Positions 35,993-48,780 are shown, counted from the first letter of the whole stretch. The stretch: 53,104 nucleotides of DNA, filler included, from Sphacelaria rigidula (GCA_964200075.2; 4 parts of 4 records of this genome joined end to end with filler, not necessarily neighbours in it); one strand, 5' to 3'. A program made the numbers and translations. Notes: a model not told the origin generated them from the sequence alone.

Positions 35993-38900
35993 TCATGGAT
36001 CGGTACGATCAGTCATAAAGGAACTAGGGTTTCTGGCGTTGGGGTTCGAGTGATTGTGATTCGGCCCCGTGCCCTGGTGTCTATCGGCGGAATTCCGGTG
36101 ACGGTGAGAAGAATTCTCTTTTCGGGATTTCCGGGAGCTAGAGTTATCGTAGTTGTTGGGACGACTTTCGCGATTCGAGCGAGTGTTGTCGCGGTTGTTG
36201 AAAGGGCAGCGAGAATGACGGTTGGATGTGCGGTATTCACGCATGCGTCTCTGCCATCGGCGCCATGCTGGCTCATCGTCCTGCAGCTCAGAGTTCATGA
36301 GGTAGAGAGAGTTGATACAAGGACGAGTACAATCGCGCATACTTTGCCCCTGGGTGTTACAATTGATGCCACTATTTGCGTGGCGGCTGAAGGCCTCGTC
36401 TCTGGCAGCAGACGAGAAGAGGGGGTTCCACAGATGTGGGTCATCTGTAGTAAATGCAGACGTAGATACAGTGTAGACATCATCCCAAGTCTCGGCGGAG
36501 GACGGCCATCCGTCAAAACTGGCGCTGAACGGATCTCTCTTGTTTGCAACGCTCATAACGGAGCCGACCACGGAGGCGGGTACCCACGAGGAACGAAGCG
36601 AAGTGTGAGACCGGTTACGGGACCCTGAAGGGGTCGAAGAAGGCGCAGAAGCAGACTGGGAACGAGCTGAAGCAAACTTATCGCCGCGAATGGCCGGCGT
36701 CAAATTATTTTCTTGATGAACAAACGCACTCCACATTGCATCCACAGAGGGAAAAGACACTTCGCGGTGGGCTAAAGCACCTGGAAACAGCGACGGCATC
36801 AGTGTTGGGAACTGCTCGGAAACACTATTGCTCACATACGATTGACACATGGCGCCTAATGGGCCAGTCTGGCGACCTACTCCCATAGTACTGGAAACGA
36901 GAAGCTTGAATTTTCGGAGGTAGTCTGCGAAGGAGACATCAGTTGCGACGCCAAAATAACTAAGTCGTTGGATAGCACTCCCTTGAGTGCTGCGATCGAA
37001 GTAGCCGGTAAAGCGGCGTTCCAGACCACGGAGTAGATTCGGTCCTGACTTCCCCGGGGCGCGGTCCGCATCCATAGCGGCCATGAAACCATCAAGGACT
37101 TGTGTCAAAGTAGCGGCAGTGTCGGGCGAGCGGCGGTTGATGGCGCGGTGCAGAGCTTTGTGGAAAGGAGTCTGCCAACCATCAACCCAGTCGGAATTTT
37201 CGAAACGTTGAGCACCCGTAGAGTCTGCTGGGTGAAGGATTTTCTGAAGAGTGCGGCGTATAGAGATGATGAGAGCAGAGGTAAATTGTCCCGAGTCTTC
37301 GTTATCTGCTGCAGGCATGGATTTCACATGCCAAAGTTTTTTCACGTCCATTTGGATGTATTCTCTCTGGATGGCGGCGGTGCGGGCGGATTCCGCTCGA
37401 GCGGCGGCTGCTGCTGCACTAGCAGTGGCTTGCTCTCGCTCGGCGGCAGCGGCAGCCAGAGTACGAGCCGAAGTGGAAGATATCGGTTTATCCGAGTTGT
37501 CGTCCGAAAGGCCTAAGATCTGGCGCGAAACATCTGCTAAACGCGGTGTAGCGCCACTTAGGGTGGCAGAAGTCGACGCAGGCGAATTTGTGGCGGACCG
37601 AATCCTGGGTTTGGTAGAAGAAGAGCTCGACGAGCCGCTACTCTAGTGTGTCTTGGCCAAACCGGTGGTGGGGCGGTTCACACGGGGTGGTGGGGTCCTC
37701 CCAGAGGAGGAGCTTAATCCTCCGTGGTGGTTGTGAGAATCACCGCGACGATTGCGCTCAGGGTCGGCAACATCATGTCTGTGGCGTCTGCGGCGAGAAG
37801 TCACCGGGGTCCAGTCGTCATCAACGTGGGCTATGGAGAATTTGGAGGCGGCGCGCAACACGTCGAAGAGCTCCACAATGGACAGTTCGTAAGAGGTGTG
37901 GGTTTGTTCGATATGGCGGAATAACTGGCCAATGGCGATCGAAAGGGGGACCATCGGAAGGACAGGCCCCGTCATAGTCCAAGTAGGAAGCTACGGCGCT
38001 TTCAAGCGGTCGGGCGAGCGCTAGCCAAGTGCCGCGAGAGCTTTGCAAAGGATTCGAGGGGGTGTACTTGCCCGTAAGAGTCTGCACAGAAAGCGTGAAC
38101 CAGGGATGTCATCTAGGTGGATGGAGAAGCGGCGCGATATGGCACTGGTGTCGGGGCGGGCTGTCGAAGTAGGGGGGGGTGGGGGTGGCGGGCGGTGGGA
38201 GCGAGGAGCGGCTACGGCGTGAGAGGCGCGTGAGCGCTCCCCCTCTAGTTCACGGGGAGGAGCATGATACTCCTCGGTGGAAGATGTAGACGCCGCTGCA
38301 TCCGTGTTGCGTTGCCGATTGACAGCATCATTCATCATGGCTGGCGCGTAGTCAGCATACTCACGGATGAGTTGTTCATGGGCAGTGCGGCCATGGTCCA
38401 TGAAAATATGCGGGAGCGGCCCGAATGGACGGTGCTCCGTACCCAACTGTGGGCGGTCCTGCTGCGACGAAGGCGCAGGGTTGGACGGCACGACAGTAGA
38501 TGGAAGGGGGGTTGAGGCGGCACGAGGGGCTCCGGAGCCAGTATGGTTGCCGCTATCGCCGTCAGTGTCGGCGACGGTGGCGGCAGCGGGAGCTGGGGCC
38601 GGGGAAGCAAAAGCTGTGGGTTTGGGGGGCGCAGTGGTGGGCGGGGATGCGGGGTTGTTCACAAGTGTTTATACTGTGCGCTGTAAATCGGCAAGTTGTC
38701 GCCGCAAGGAACGGATGACTGCCGTGTCAGAGCGTGAAGAGCGATCGCGTGTGGGTCGAGCACGGCGACTGCGATGGCGTGAGTCATAGGGCGGTTGGTC
38801 GCTGGAGTGCGCAATCGACGATTCCTCTGCAGAAGGAAGATCTGAAAAAACGTCCCTCATGGCGTTGGCGTGCACCGTAACATCATTACGTGGGGAGCGC

Positions 38901-39487
38901 CGACGTGAAGAAACCCTTGAGGCAGTAGAAGTACAGGAGGAACGAGAGGTATGTCTCGAATTGTCGTCACGCGTGGTCATCCGTCGAGCGGGGGTGGTTA
39001 TGTCGTGTCGGGGCGAAGGCGGGCGTGGCGGTGTGGGTGAAAGCCGAGGTTCGGTGGGAGTGGGAGTGGGCGCGGTTGGGTGGGGCTGGGCACTGTGGGC
39101 TGCTTGCATGTCGGCGAAAGCCGAAGGAGAGCGGAGCAAGGTATTACATAGAACTTGCAGTGCTGTGGCGATACTAACGTCTGGCACAGGGGTTGGTTCC
39201 CGATTGATGCCAGAAGCAGCCGCTGGGGCCGAAGACGGGTGTCCTGAGTTGGGCAAAGCAGAAGTCAAAACATTTGTCAACAAATCATGATCAGCCGGGG
39301 CACGATAAGTAGCCGCGGATGATGACAAAGTGTGTGCCGGCAGTGCAGCGCGGGCAGTAGTGCCAGCAGTCGGGGGTCCGGACGTGGGTGCCACCTGCAA
39401 GACGGAACGGTCTTGGACTGAAGCTTGCACGACGATATCCGCGCTGGCAGTAGAGTCAGAGGGTGGTGTAGAGACCACGGGTGCCAC
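35993..39487 (-). pseudogene. Long fragmented gag-like region with a degenerate CCHC knuckle
   Basis: ORFs 38669-39487, 38021-38662, 37643-37975 and 35993-37351. GINCNTQGQSMRDC matches CX2CX4HX4C with C>G and H>Q. Confidence 0.7.
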
Positions 39488-39489
39488 CA
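39475..39489 (-). other. Candidate primer-binding site TGGTGGCACCCGTGG
   Basis: The plus strand CCACGGGTGCCACCA looks like a tRNA 3' end with CCA and sits at the 5' limit of the gag-like ORFs. Confidence 0.5.
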
Positions 39490-39804
39490 GCAGTTTCAGT
39501 CAAACAGTCTCTTTAGCTCAAGTTCTCTGACATGAGAAGCATACTACAGCACCGCAAATTACATCTGATCAGCAGCCACCTGCAGACACACTCACCGCCA
39601 TCATCACGTTTCATCCCCATGATTGTCATGTAACATTCTGGCTCCACCCACAAAACCAAAACCCATCACTGCGCGGATACTGCACTGAAGTCCCGGGAAC
39701 CAAAAACATCCTACAAATCGAGAAAATCTCCGTGGTAGCACCCGATTTCGGGCAGTACTCACGTTTGGGACATGTGCCCCCGATGAATCTTCTTTACCCC
39801 TTCT

Positions 39805-39904
39805 NNNNNNNNNNNNNNNNNNNNNNNNNNNNNNNNNNNNNNNNNNNNTTAATTAATTAANNNNNNNNNNNNNNNNNNNNNNNNNNNNNNNNNNNNNNNN
39901 NNNN
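39805..39904. other. Artificial contig linker N44-TTAATTAATTAA-N44
   Basis: Identical 100-bp structure; cassette at 39849-39860. Confidence 0.98.
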
Positions 39905-40828
39905 GGGGGGCGGGCGGGGCGGGGGGGGGCTGGTCGCCCGGTGCCCGCCGCGCGGGGGTGGGGGGGGGGGTGGGTGGGGGGGGGGGGGGGGGGGGGGGGG
40001 GGAGGGTGATATCAGGGGAAACGACGGTTTCGGTCAGCGCTGTAAGCTTACGGTGTTGGTAAAATACGCTGAAGAAGAATCTACGCGATTGAGGGGCATT
40101 ATGCCAAGAAAAAGTCACCGGACACAATCGCTGAAAGTGTGGCGAAAACACTGTATTGGGCTTGAACCTTGCATCATAGTACAACCTCATTTTATAGATT
40201 TGTCTGTCACAGGAAGATATGGGGTAAGTAAAGGCAAAGCGTTTCGGAGGAATTAACATGACTGTGAATCCCCACCCCCACCACCACCCCGCGCGCCCTC
40301 ACTTCTAGCATCAACGAGCATTATGTAACTTCAGAATCTTACAGGTGTCGAGTTTCCAATCTATGGGCTGTGTAGGCTGGGCGGTGCTTGGTTCGTATCG
40401 CCAGTTTTTTACACGAATCACGGCAGCGTCTGGTTTGACATCGGACACCTTGTCTACGAAAAGGAGCATTATCGAAGCGGTCAGAGGGGTATAGTTACCC
40501 CCGCGCATAGATTTTCAGCACTACCATATTCACGTGAAGCTTGTACTAGCCTCATCTACGGTCGCTGTACTGTACTGAACTGGTACAACGTAAATACGCT
40601 CTACGCTACACGGGTATACACGGTGAAAGCGTGAAAGCGCAGAGCGGCCGACCGTTGAAATAACCAACCGACACATATTCCTCCGCATCTAACTTTTTCA
40701 GTAGAGACGTGTCCATTTCAGACGTCCTGATCAACCTGTCCCTGGGCATCCAGACCTCCCCGAAAGGGGTGGGCCTTTGACCCACTTCATTTCTAGACTT
40801 TCTTCAACGTACTTCAACTCTTGGAAAT

Positions 40829-42373
40829 ATGTACATTGGCGCTTGGACAGAGTATCGCCTGTCACTTGAGAAGCAGCAGCACCATCACCAGACAAGATTA
40901 GGACGAGACGGTCAGCAACAGCAAACCCCACGGAGGCCGAATTCCACACAACACCCCAATCATGCGGTCATCCCATCGATATCTTGCGGTCGTACAGGTG
41001 GAGCGCCGGGGATTTACCACCCGTCTCTCGTGGGTAAGGGCGGGGAAGGAATTTTCAATCTTCCCGATCGAGAGAGCTTCCGTAAGACATTAGAATCAGC
41101 GCTTTCATCAAACCTCCCGGCCGACGATGCGGAGCATATCACTCAAGCCCTCGAGCCTTTGTTGGAGCGCTTGCCCACTATTCGTACACCGTCGCGGTGC
41201 CGGAGAGCACCGACGTCAATACAGCGTAGACGAAGTTGTCGAGACGGTCATAGGCGCCGCTTTCGCCGTCTCAACGCAAATGGCAGAGATGAAGGCATGA
41301 AATCCGCCAGGCTTGCGTCTTCGTCTGATGGTACGGGCTCTGCGAGATCGAGTTTCTCGTCTGCGAGTGCACCAACAAAAGCAGCGGCCCAGTGGATGCC
41401 AGTATTTTCAACGACGAACAGTCGTGCATCCAGTTCTTCCTGCAATAGGAAGAACAGGAGGAAGATTCCGACGGTACCCCAACTTCCATACATCGATCAT
41501 CATGCCTGTGATGCTCTGAGAGTTATCGCTGTGAACGGTACAAGTTCGGCTTCATCAAGGGAATGTCGAGACTCGGCTACTGGAGCAGCAACAAAGATGG
41601 AACGAGCGGGCGACAGAAATCCTCAATCCCAGGAAAACGATGACGGTCGACATCCATGCGCCAGTTGCAACACCAACGCGAGGGGGACACATGTCACTGC
41701 GAGTGTTCTCCCCCTACAGAAGCCACCCCACGCTTCAGAACGATTCCTCGGTGGTGGGTATGACGGCTGTAAAGCCGCCGCGCTTGTGCGACTAGCGAAG
41801 AATCGAGACCCGGCAGGAATAAAGGCAGACTTCCAGCAATTTTGGAGCTGGAGAACGAACAGCGACCAATGGCCAAAGCGGAGGACCCCGACGGTGACAG
41901 TGCCAACCGGAGATTGGGGTAATGAAGAATGCGTAACTAATCTCAAGTACAGTGATCATCCTATGTCGGCTGTAGTAGCGGGTGCTGCAGAGTCAGTTGG
42001 GGAACGATCGCGGGCTGCATGGGGTGGAGGAGCTCTTTCGAAGGTGAAGATGTTGGCGAGGATGAAGGACGTGTACATGTCCAAGAACACGACGGACATC
42101 AGCAGCAGCAGCAGCAGCAGTAGTAACAGCGGCGGCGGCAGCAACAACAGCAATTGCGATAGCAACAACAGCGAACAGCATCAGCATGTACGAGGGGGTG
42201 GTGACGGGGGAGGAGAAAAAGAACATAAACGAAATAGCAGCGCGGGTAGTTCTCCGCCCGATGGGGAGCGGCTTGTTGCAGTGCCGGATCTGGAGCTGAC
42301 GGAAAGCAGGATTCGTTTGATCGACAAATACTTCGGAGGTGGTGATCGGCGACGGCAGTCCTTCCAAGACAAG
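40829..42373 (+). CDS. Hypothetical low-complexity protein, large first exon
   Basis: 526-codon ORF from ATG 40829 (MYIGAWTEYRLSLE...) with in-frame poly-Ser/Gly/Asn tracts. Phase-0 donors AAG|gtggat (42374) or GAA|gtacaa (42389). Confidence 0.7.
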
Positions 42374-42520
42374 GTGGATGCATCGGAAGTACAAAGCATT
42401 CGGTGCTAACTGTGGATGTGTTCAATATCTAGCCGCGACTTCACATTCCAACGACAACACGCCACATTCAGCTATTGTAAATATTATGCTGTATTCCCGC
42501 AACCTTCCATCGATCCGCAG

Positions 42521-42589
42521 AGACACTCATGCGGAGTGTATGCCGGAGATTTTGCACCACCATGCCCCCGCAAATGCCGTCGACAACCG
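42521..42589 (+). CDS. Possible small internal exon of the same gene
   Basis: ccgcag|69 nt, phase 0-0, stop-free|gtaact. Reads RHSCGVYAGDFAPPCPRKCRRQP. Confidence 0.35.
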
Positions 42590-42861
42590 GTAACTCTCCC
42601 CCTTCGGCGCTTCCTCCATTTGGCTATTCTTGGTTTTGTCGTCGACCCTTCCGGAGTACAACATCCCGGTGTTTTTTGGCCGTATATGAAGTCTTGATAT
42701 ATGTGTAAGGCTTCATCAACTGTAATAACCACCCGTGACAGTTCTCCCCATTTTTGACGTTCTCCTGTTCATCGCTCCTCTGTCTCCTGTCACTTCCCTG
42801 AGGGTGTCCAAATGCCACTATACACAACTTGGCACTTCCTGCTTGCTTTATGGGTTCGCAG

Positions 42862-43401
42862 GATGCGTCGAACGGGGGTACATCTCGTCTTTGCGCAGGC
42901 AGCTCTACTGCCACAAGGCCGCCCGCCTTTCCCGGCATACATACGGACAGTAGCACCCTCAATCACGACACGGCATCCAGTACGCGAGAAGTCGGCGTCG
43001 GGATTCAATCGTTGGAATCGTCGCTTTCCACGAAGCGTGCAGCCAATGATATCGAGGTGAATGACTCATCAGGCCAACCGGTGTACAGTCAAGATGGATC
43101 ACTTGACCCAGAACTTCAGCTAGAGGAACTCCCTCAGAGGTGCAAACTTGGTAGTATCAGTAGAAGTAACGACAAAACGTTGGCGGAAGGACGTTCACAT
43201 GAAGACGCGGGGGCTGTGTGTAAGTTGGAAGTACAGCGTGCAGTACCGTTAGACCCCCCAAAAAGTACCTCATCGCACGATGAAATCGTAGCACAGTGTG
43301 ACGAAGAAGTGCCTGGAAGTGGCGGGGCTTGTGGAACCCTGGAGGATCTTGTGTGGTGGACAAGACAGCTTGATTTCGAAGCCGCTGTGGCCGGTTTTTG
43401 A
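42862..43401 (+). CDS. Probable terminal exon of the hypothetical protein
   Basis: Acceptor ttcgcag| is phase 0 and compatible with the upstream donor. 179 codons ending LEDLVWWTRQLDFEAAVAGF-stop. Confidence 0.6.
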   Translation, partial: DASNGGTSRLCAGSSTATRPPAFPGIHTDSSTLNHDTASSTREVGVGIQSLESSLSTKRAANDIEVNDSSGQPVYSQDGSLDPELQLEELPQRCKLGSISRSNDKTLAEGRSHEDAGAVCKLEVQRAVPLDPPKSTSSHDEIVAQCDEEVPGSGGACGTLEDLVWWTRQLDFEAAVAGF

Positions 43402-43854
43402 TGCTCTTGTCTGAAGGTCATTAGTGTTCGGCGACTCGTGCACTTTGAAGTTCCGCAGGTTAAAACTTGATGAGTTGTTTGTCACTTCCGCATTATATCT
43501 CGTTGATTTTGAGTGAGTTCGTGCATCTCGTATCCGTACAAGTTGGGCGGGCTAAGGGTCGTACTCCTTTTTCTAGATGGCCACGTCTTCTTAACAGGAA
43601 CGAGTCATGGCAAGCTAAGTATGTCGTTGTGAATGGCTAGTGAAGGCGGCTACGTGTAGCCATCCAGTCTAGGAACTGCCCAGTTGGTGTTGCGAAATTG
43701 GCGCCGTGTTCGCAAACTGTCGTATCATGTTTAGAATTGCTCTGTTGAAAGTTTGTAATGACTCAGTCATCGACGAGTGTTGTGCCAATCCCGAGTTGGT
43801 TTGTTTTTGCTATTTCGCAGTAAAAAAAATTAGAATAACACTTGGACGAATCCT

Positions 43855-45840
43855 TATGAGAGCCGTTCAGATTTTTTTTTTAATGTAAGCGGGTAATAAC
43901 AAGAACCACTTTTATCGAACAAAACCGCGACTCCCTTGAACAAAAGTGAGCCCCAAAACTTTGAATGGGTCCCATGTTTTGGCCAGGCGCTCATTATGGG
44001 AAGACGATTCTGAACGCTTGAGGATCTGTTCAAAGTTTGGCACAAGAGGTGAAATATAGGACATGTAATGTTTTTCTATACAACAGCACATACTCACTGC
44101 CCTCTCAATACGCTACACCTGCCACTACACTGTCGTGTGTATAGACCTTGCAATGGCTGTCTCGTCTCTGCTGGAATCGTCTGAGCTGCTGTGCTGATAT
44201 TATGTTCCCGAATAACTGCAGTCGGCACGCAGCGCTGTCTTCTCGAAGTTTGAAATGCTCTAGAGTATGTGTTTGTTGGACGTTGTATCTTTCGCAACGA
44301 ACAAGGTCGTTGGTGCGCAGACCCAGCATTGCTGTCCTGTAGCTGACACGGTAGTGTAGTGCGTTGGAGCCCTGCAAAGATGGTTTGATCTGCGCTAAGG
44401 AGTGCGTGAAGTGCTGTACTGTTTTTCGTGTGCTGGTTGGTACACAAGTCTAGACACTGCCGACAGCGCCTCCACCACGGTGTGTTGGATGCGCTGCGTC
44501 GTCTGTGAAACCGACAATATGATCCGTGCTCACATTCATTTTTTTTTTTGCTGTAGTTGTCGTTGTACTGACTGTAGTTCGTTTAAACCCTACGAACACG
44601 ATTTGATCTGCGCTGGAAATTGCCCAAGATGCTGTAATGCTGCTGATCCGGTCTGTACAGAACTGGGGCGGGGATAAAATGCTCTGGACACGAAGTTGGA
44701 AAAGTCACATGATGGCTGTACATTCGTCATATCTTCTTTAGATGCTGTCGTACAGGGGCACAATTCCTAGGTCACGCCAACTACAATATATATATGTATA
44801 TATGCAACTCCGACTTTGTGCCAAGAAAGTTTTTTCTGTCTCCGTTCAGAATCGCGACAAGCAAGAAAATGGCGATAAAGTCGTTGGAATATATTTATTT
44901 GAACGGTTCCCACAACGATTGTTCATACAGCAACTCTTATTGGACCCCTTCAAAACTAAAGTTTGCACCCCATTTTGAACAGCTTTCTGAAATACCAATT
45001 CTCACGGAACAAAATCAAAGACGATTTTGAACGAAAGTGATTCCTACGATTTTGAATTTTGGTCAGCGGATGAGTTCTGATCACAATCAGCATCCAATTT
45101 TTGAACGCCCGAACATCGGGCAGCCGTTCGAAAGCGGATGGAAAACTAAACTGTGGGACACGTCATATTTTACCGTACCGCAGCACAAACACACCCACGC
45201 CCTTCCTCATGTGCTGTAGCTGATACTGTACTGTGGTGTGTTCAAACTTGCAGAGACCGTGTGATCTCCGCTGGGATTGTCTGAGCTGCTGTGCTGTTGT
45301 GTTCTGCTCGACGAAATAATTGCAGTCGGCGCGCAGTGCTATCTTTTCAACGTTGAAAATGCTTTCGCAACGAACAGGACGCTTCATGTCCAAATCTATC
45401 ATTCCTGTGCTTCAGTTGACACTGGAGCGTGGGGCGTTTGAACCGTGCGAAGATGGCTTGATCTGCGCTGGGGATTGCCCGAACTGCTGTGCCGTTGTTG
45501 TGTCCCGGGTGGTAGAAACGTGTAGTCAGCAAGCAGTGCTATCTACACACTGTGGTCCAAAGCGTCATGGTGTGTTGGAGATCCGCCTCATGTATAACGA
45601 AGGAGGCGCTGCCCACACCCATCGTTTCTACGCTGTAGATGTCGCTAAACTGTAGCGCGTTTGAACCCTACGAACACAGTTTGGTCTGTGTTGGAGATTA
45701 CCTGAGTACTGTGCTGCTGTTGTGTTGCGGTCGGTACAGGATTGGAGTGGGAGCGTGCTGTCTGTACAGAGTTGAAAAGGTCACGTAATGGCTGCGCCGT
45801 CGTTGTGTCTCGTTTGGGTGCTGTTGTAAAGCTCACAAAA
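43855..45840 (+). mobile_element. Dispersed repeat of the 6685-7100 family, internally duplicated with sub-repeats
   Basis: Begins ATGAGAGCCGTTCA. ~44060-44720 is paralleled by ~45155-45800, and T(T/G)GATCTGCGCT-like and GCTGCTGTGC-like motifs recur. Confidence 0.75.
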
Positions 45841-47674
45841 TTATTTGCCCACACAGAGATGCATCGATCGGCGCGAGGTTCGCACTGAGCTGAGATAAGC
45901 TTTTGATAGTCAATCGATCAACAGTTGACCCATGTCAATAAAATGAAACAGCTTAAGCTATTTCAGGTGACAGATACCCAATATCCTATCGGAGCTTGGG
46001 AATCCTTCTTCCCTGAATTTGCTCAAAACGTTCCGAGTGTGTAACACCCGAGGCAAAAAGAAAAGCGGAGGACGTCTCTCTCCGTCCTTCTCCGTGATTC
46101 ACCGTCACCCCGAAATTTAGGTATAGTCGAAACCCTATGTATGATGCAAGTTCGTATGCAGAGCGATCTTGATGCAAATATCACCACGCACGGCTCGCCT
46201 TTTCAATTTGGGACCTGAACATTCGCGACTCGAAATTTAAAAAAAACACGGTTGGTCGGAAAGTTTCGGTCACTATTATGCAAACCACGGGTAATTTTTC
46301 AAAGACCCAACACGAAAAGATGAGCTGTGCAAGGCGATATCGGCCAATCCTTCAGCTCGCGACCGGCCCAACTTGTACAACGGTTCGATAGCAGAACAGG
46401 TTCTTACGTTAGAATCACCGAACGGATACAGTACAATGCATCGCGTCCCTGACGCTTGGTGAACATATTCGCTGAGCGCAATTCGTTCTATTGTACTGGT
46501 GGAACGTTACGGGGAGGAGAGCGCTCCCCTACCGGCCTCTCCATACCGCATCTGTTCAACAGATTATGCTAGATGTCTCAATACATTGTTCTTATGCGTA
46601 TACGGGGTGCCACGTTGTCCACTGCGACTCCCGCAAAGCCGCCATATAACATAGAATGCTGAGAACTCGCCATGCCCCCCAATGCCCCGCCGTTCGCACG
46701 ATAGAAGTCGTCTCAAATCGACCACCTTTCCCATCACGAAGCGCGATTTCTGTGCCTCAGGCAGCGTGTACTTGGACGCGATGTCGGACAGAAGGGCTGC
46801 CCTCAACACATCAGAAACGGCCACGCCGAAAAAGGCGGTAGCGAGCGGAAGTACTCTCGAAGCCAGGAGGCAGCGATTTCTTGCCCACGCACGTCGGATC
46901 TACGCGGCTTGAAGCTTCTGTAGATGAACCCCCAGAGGACACTGCATACGGGAAAAAATACAACAACAATAGGGACAGCCACAGCACCGCTCGTACCCAC
47001 AGAAGCACCACGCCAAGTACATTACATTACATTTTTTGCTGGTGCAAAGTCGACGCGTCTGCGTCGATCAATCGTCTGCTTTTGTCTAACGAATCTTCTC
47101 CACTCCGACGGCTCTCCGAGCCTCAGTGAATGTTTCTTTTTTGCTGTCCCAGAACGTCTCTCCCAAGTTGTGTTTATGGATCGCCGTCTGTAACTCGAAA
47201 ATGGGGTGCGACAGGCGCGGAAACTGTGCGCACAGCTGAGAGAAACAAGCACGTGAACATACGCAGTCGGCAGGGAAGAGGGTAAGGCAGTATGCAAGAT
47301 GGCCGGCAAAATGCAGAAAGCTGAGGAAGGGGGGTGGCGCTGACCTCCTTGATATCGTCATACTGCAGATCTGCCACATGCCCATCCCTCACGTATTTGA
47401 GCCCTGCTTCTACTTGTGACCCGCGTTAATACTCTCCGCATGCCTCCTGAAGTCCGAATGGCCACCTGCGGCCCGGATCTTCTGAGGTCAGCCATATGTT
47501 TCTCTTCTTTATTATTTATCCCTGTTTCTGCTTGTATCGCGTTTTCTGAGTTTCAATCTGGGTCTATTTTGTTTTTTTTGTCTTTTTTGCTAGCCTGTGA
47601 CCGCGGAAGGCGTCCGCATCAGATGCCGAGTACGAATGTACCGCGCAGGTATCGGAACGGTTTTTAATGTGAAG

Positions 47675-47682
47675 ACAACATC

Positions 47683-47752
<70 letters not shown>

Positions 47753-47755
47753 GCA
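47675..47755 (+). repeat. (CAA)n microsatellite
   Basis: More than 20 uninterrupted CAA units. Confidence 0.98.
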
Positions 47756-48214
47756 ATATTGAGGGGTCGCGGGGAGGGGAGGGGAAACGGGTATAGAGTG
47801 GGGCGCGGTCAGTTATCAAATATACTTTACGGGCAGTACCTGTACCACCTCGCCATCGGCACTTCTATTTGCAAGTATTCCTTATGCAGTAAGACACGGA
47901 GCGCGTTGCCTCTTTGAGTGTGTGCGACGCAATCGGTACTTTCCGTGCAAGGAGCCCATCCAGCTTGGGCTACGTCTGATGCAAAGAATACGTTTTGTCG
48001 ACAACTGGTGATTGTGTGGCACCAGGAGGACCGGCTGTGGTTCATTGACCGTACAAATAAATTCCATACCTCCAGAACTTCATACGTCTCCGTGACTGCT
48101 ACCAAAAGTAAATTTGAGTTGGTTGACATTGTATCCTCCCAGTCAGTCGCTCTGTCCCCTCTGCGACCGAACTCAAACGGCGTTCCAGCATAGGTGATGG
48201 TTGTAGGGACTCAC

Positions 48215-48340
48215 CTTATCGAACTGATGGAAGTCGATTTTGGTGCCGCTCTTGGCGACTTTCGTGAACCCCCTCTTAGCTTTTCCGATGTAGTTGCCGG
48301 GCACTCCTGACTCGTACTGTGTCACCGCAATCGCCAGCTT
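48215..48340 (-). CDS. Candidate isolated exon of an unidentified gene or pseudogene
   Basis: gtgtgcag|126 nt, phase 0-0, stop-free|gtgagt. Reads KLAIAVTQYESGVPGNYIGKAKRGFTKVAKSGTKIDFHQFDK. Confidence 0.45.
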
Positions 48341-48780
48341 CTGCACACGACGACACGACAAGACACGCAACGTCCTATTGGCTCAGAAGAGCGTCGTTTG
48401 CTTCATGAGCGTTCTCCATCTTCCGAACGAGCTACAATTTTAGCAGTTTTGCGGACACGGGGTATCTGGTTGATCGCAGGGGAGATCGACTGACAGTGAG
48501 CTTGATGGGTCATGTTTCAAGGACGACCTCTCAGCGAGACCCTGCGAAGACTGCGGAGACATCGATCGACTAAATTTGTGTTCGGCGTTAGCGGAAGTTC
48601 TCTTTCCTCGAAATGTTCTGCTTAGAGCGAGAATCGCCAACGTGACCCCCGCTTCCCGGTAAAAACCTGGCTGTGAGACACGGCAATTCTAAGCAGGTAC
48701 ACATTGGCAATTATCTTGTACAGGGAGCCTTGAGCAGTGCAAAGCCGGTGAAACCGTTGCTTCTCTCCCCCACCGAAAAA

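Larger units (their letters stand above)
28608..39489 (-). mobile_element. Ty3/Gypsy LTR retrotransposon (chromodomain-bearing), nearly full length and inactivated
   Basis: Domain order gag-PR-RT-RNaseH-INT-chromodomain on the minus strand, with multiple frameshifts and stops. The outer boundaries are tentative because no matching LTR pair was found. Confidence 0.95.

Noticed and set aside
35945-39290. Plus-strand ORFs (227, 138, 131, 140 and 143 aa) as an antisense gene or env
   Set aside because: They are GC-rich antisense shadows of the gag region with no motif or signal/TM organisation.
28608-39489. Active autonomous retrotransposon
   Set aside because: It has frameshifts in RT and after RNase H, stops in integrase, a protease D>G change and a broken CCHC knuckle.
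46761-46912. Plus-strand terminal exon (...LEARRQRFLAHARRIYAA-stop) for the 40829 gene
   Set aside because: The acceptor is plausible, but it needs a phase-1 donor. The gene already has a credible stop at 43401 and competing minus-strand readings exist, so it is unsupported without transcripts.
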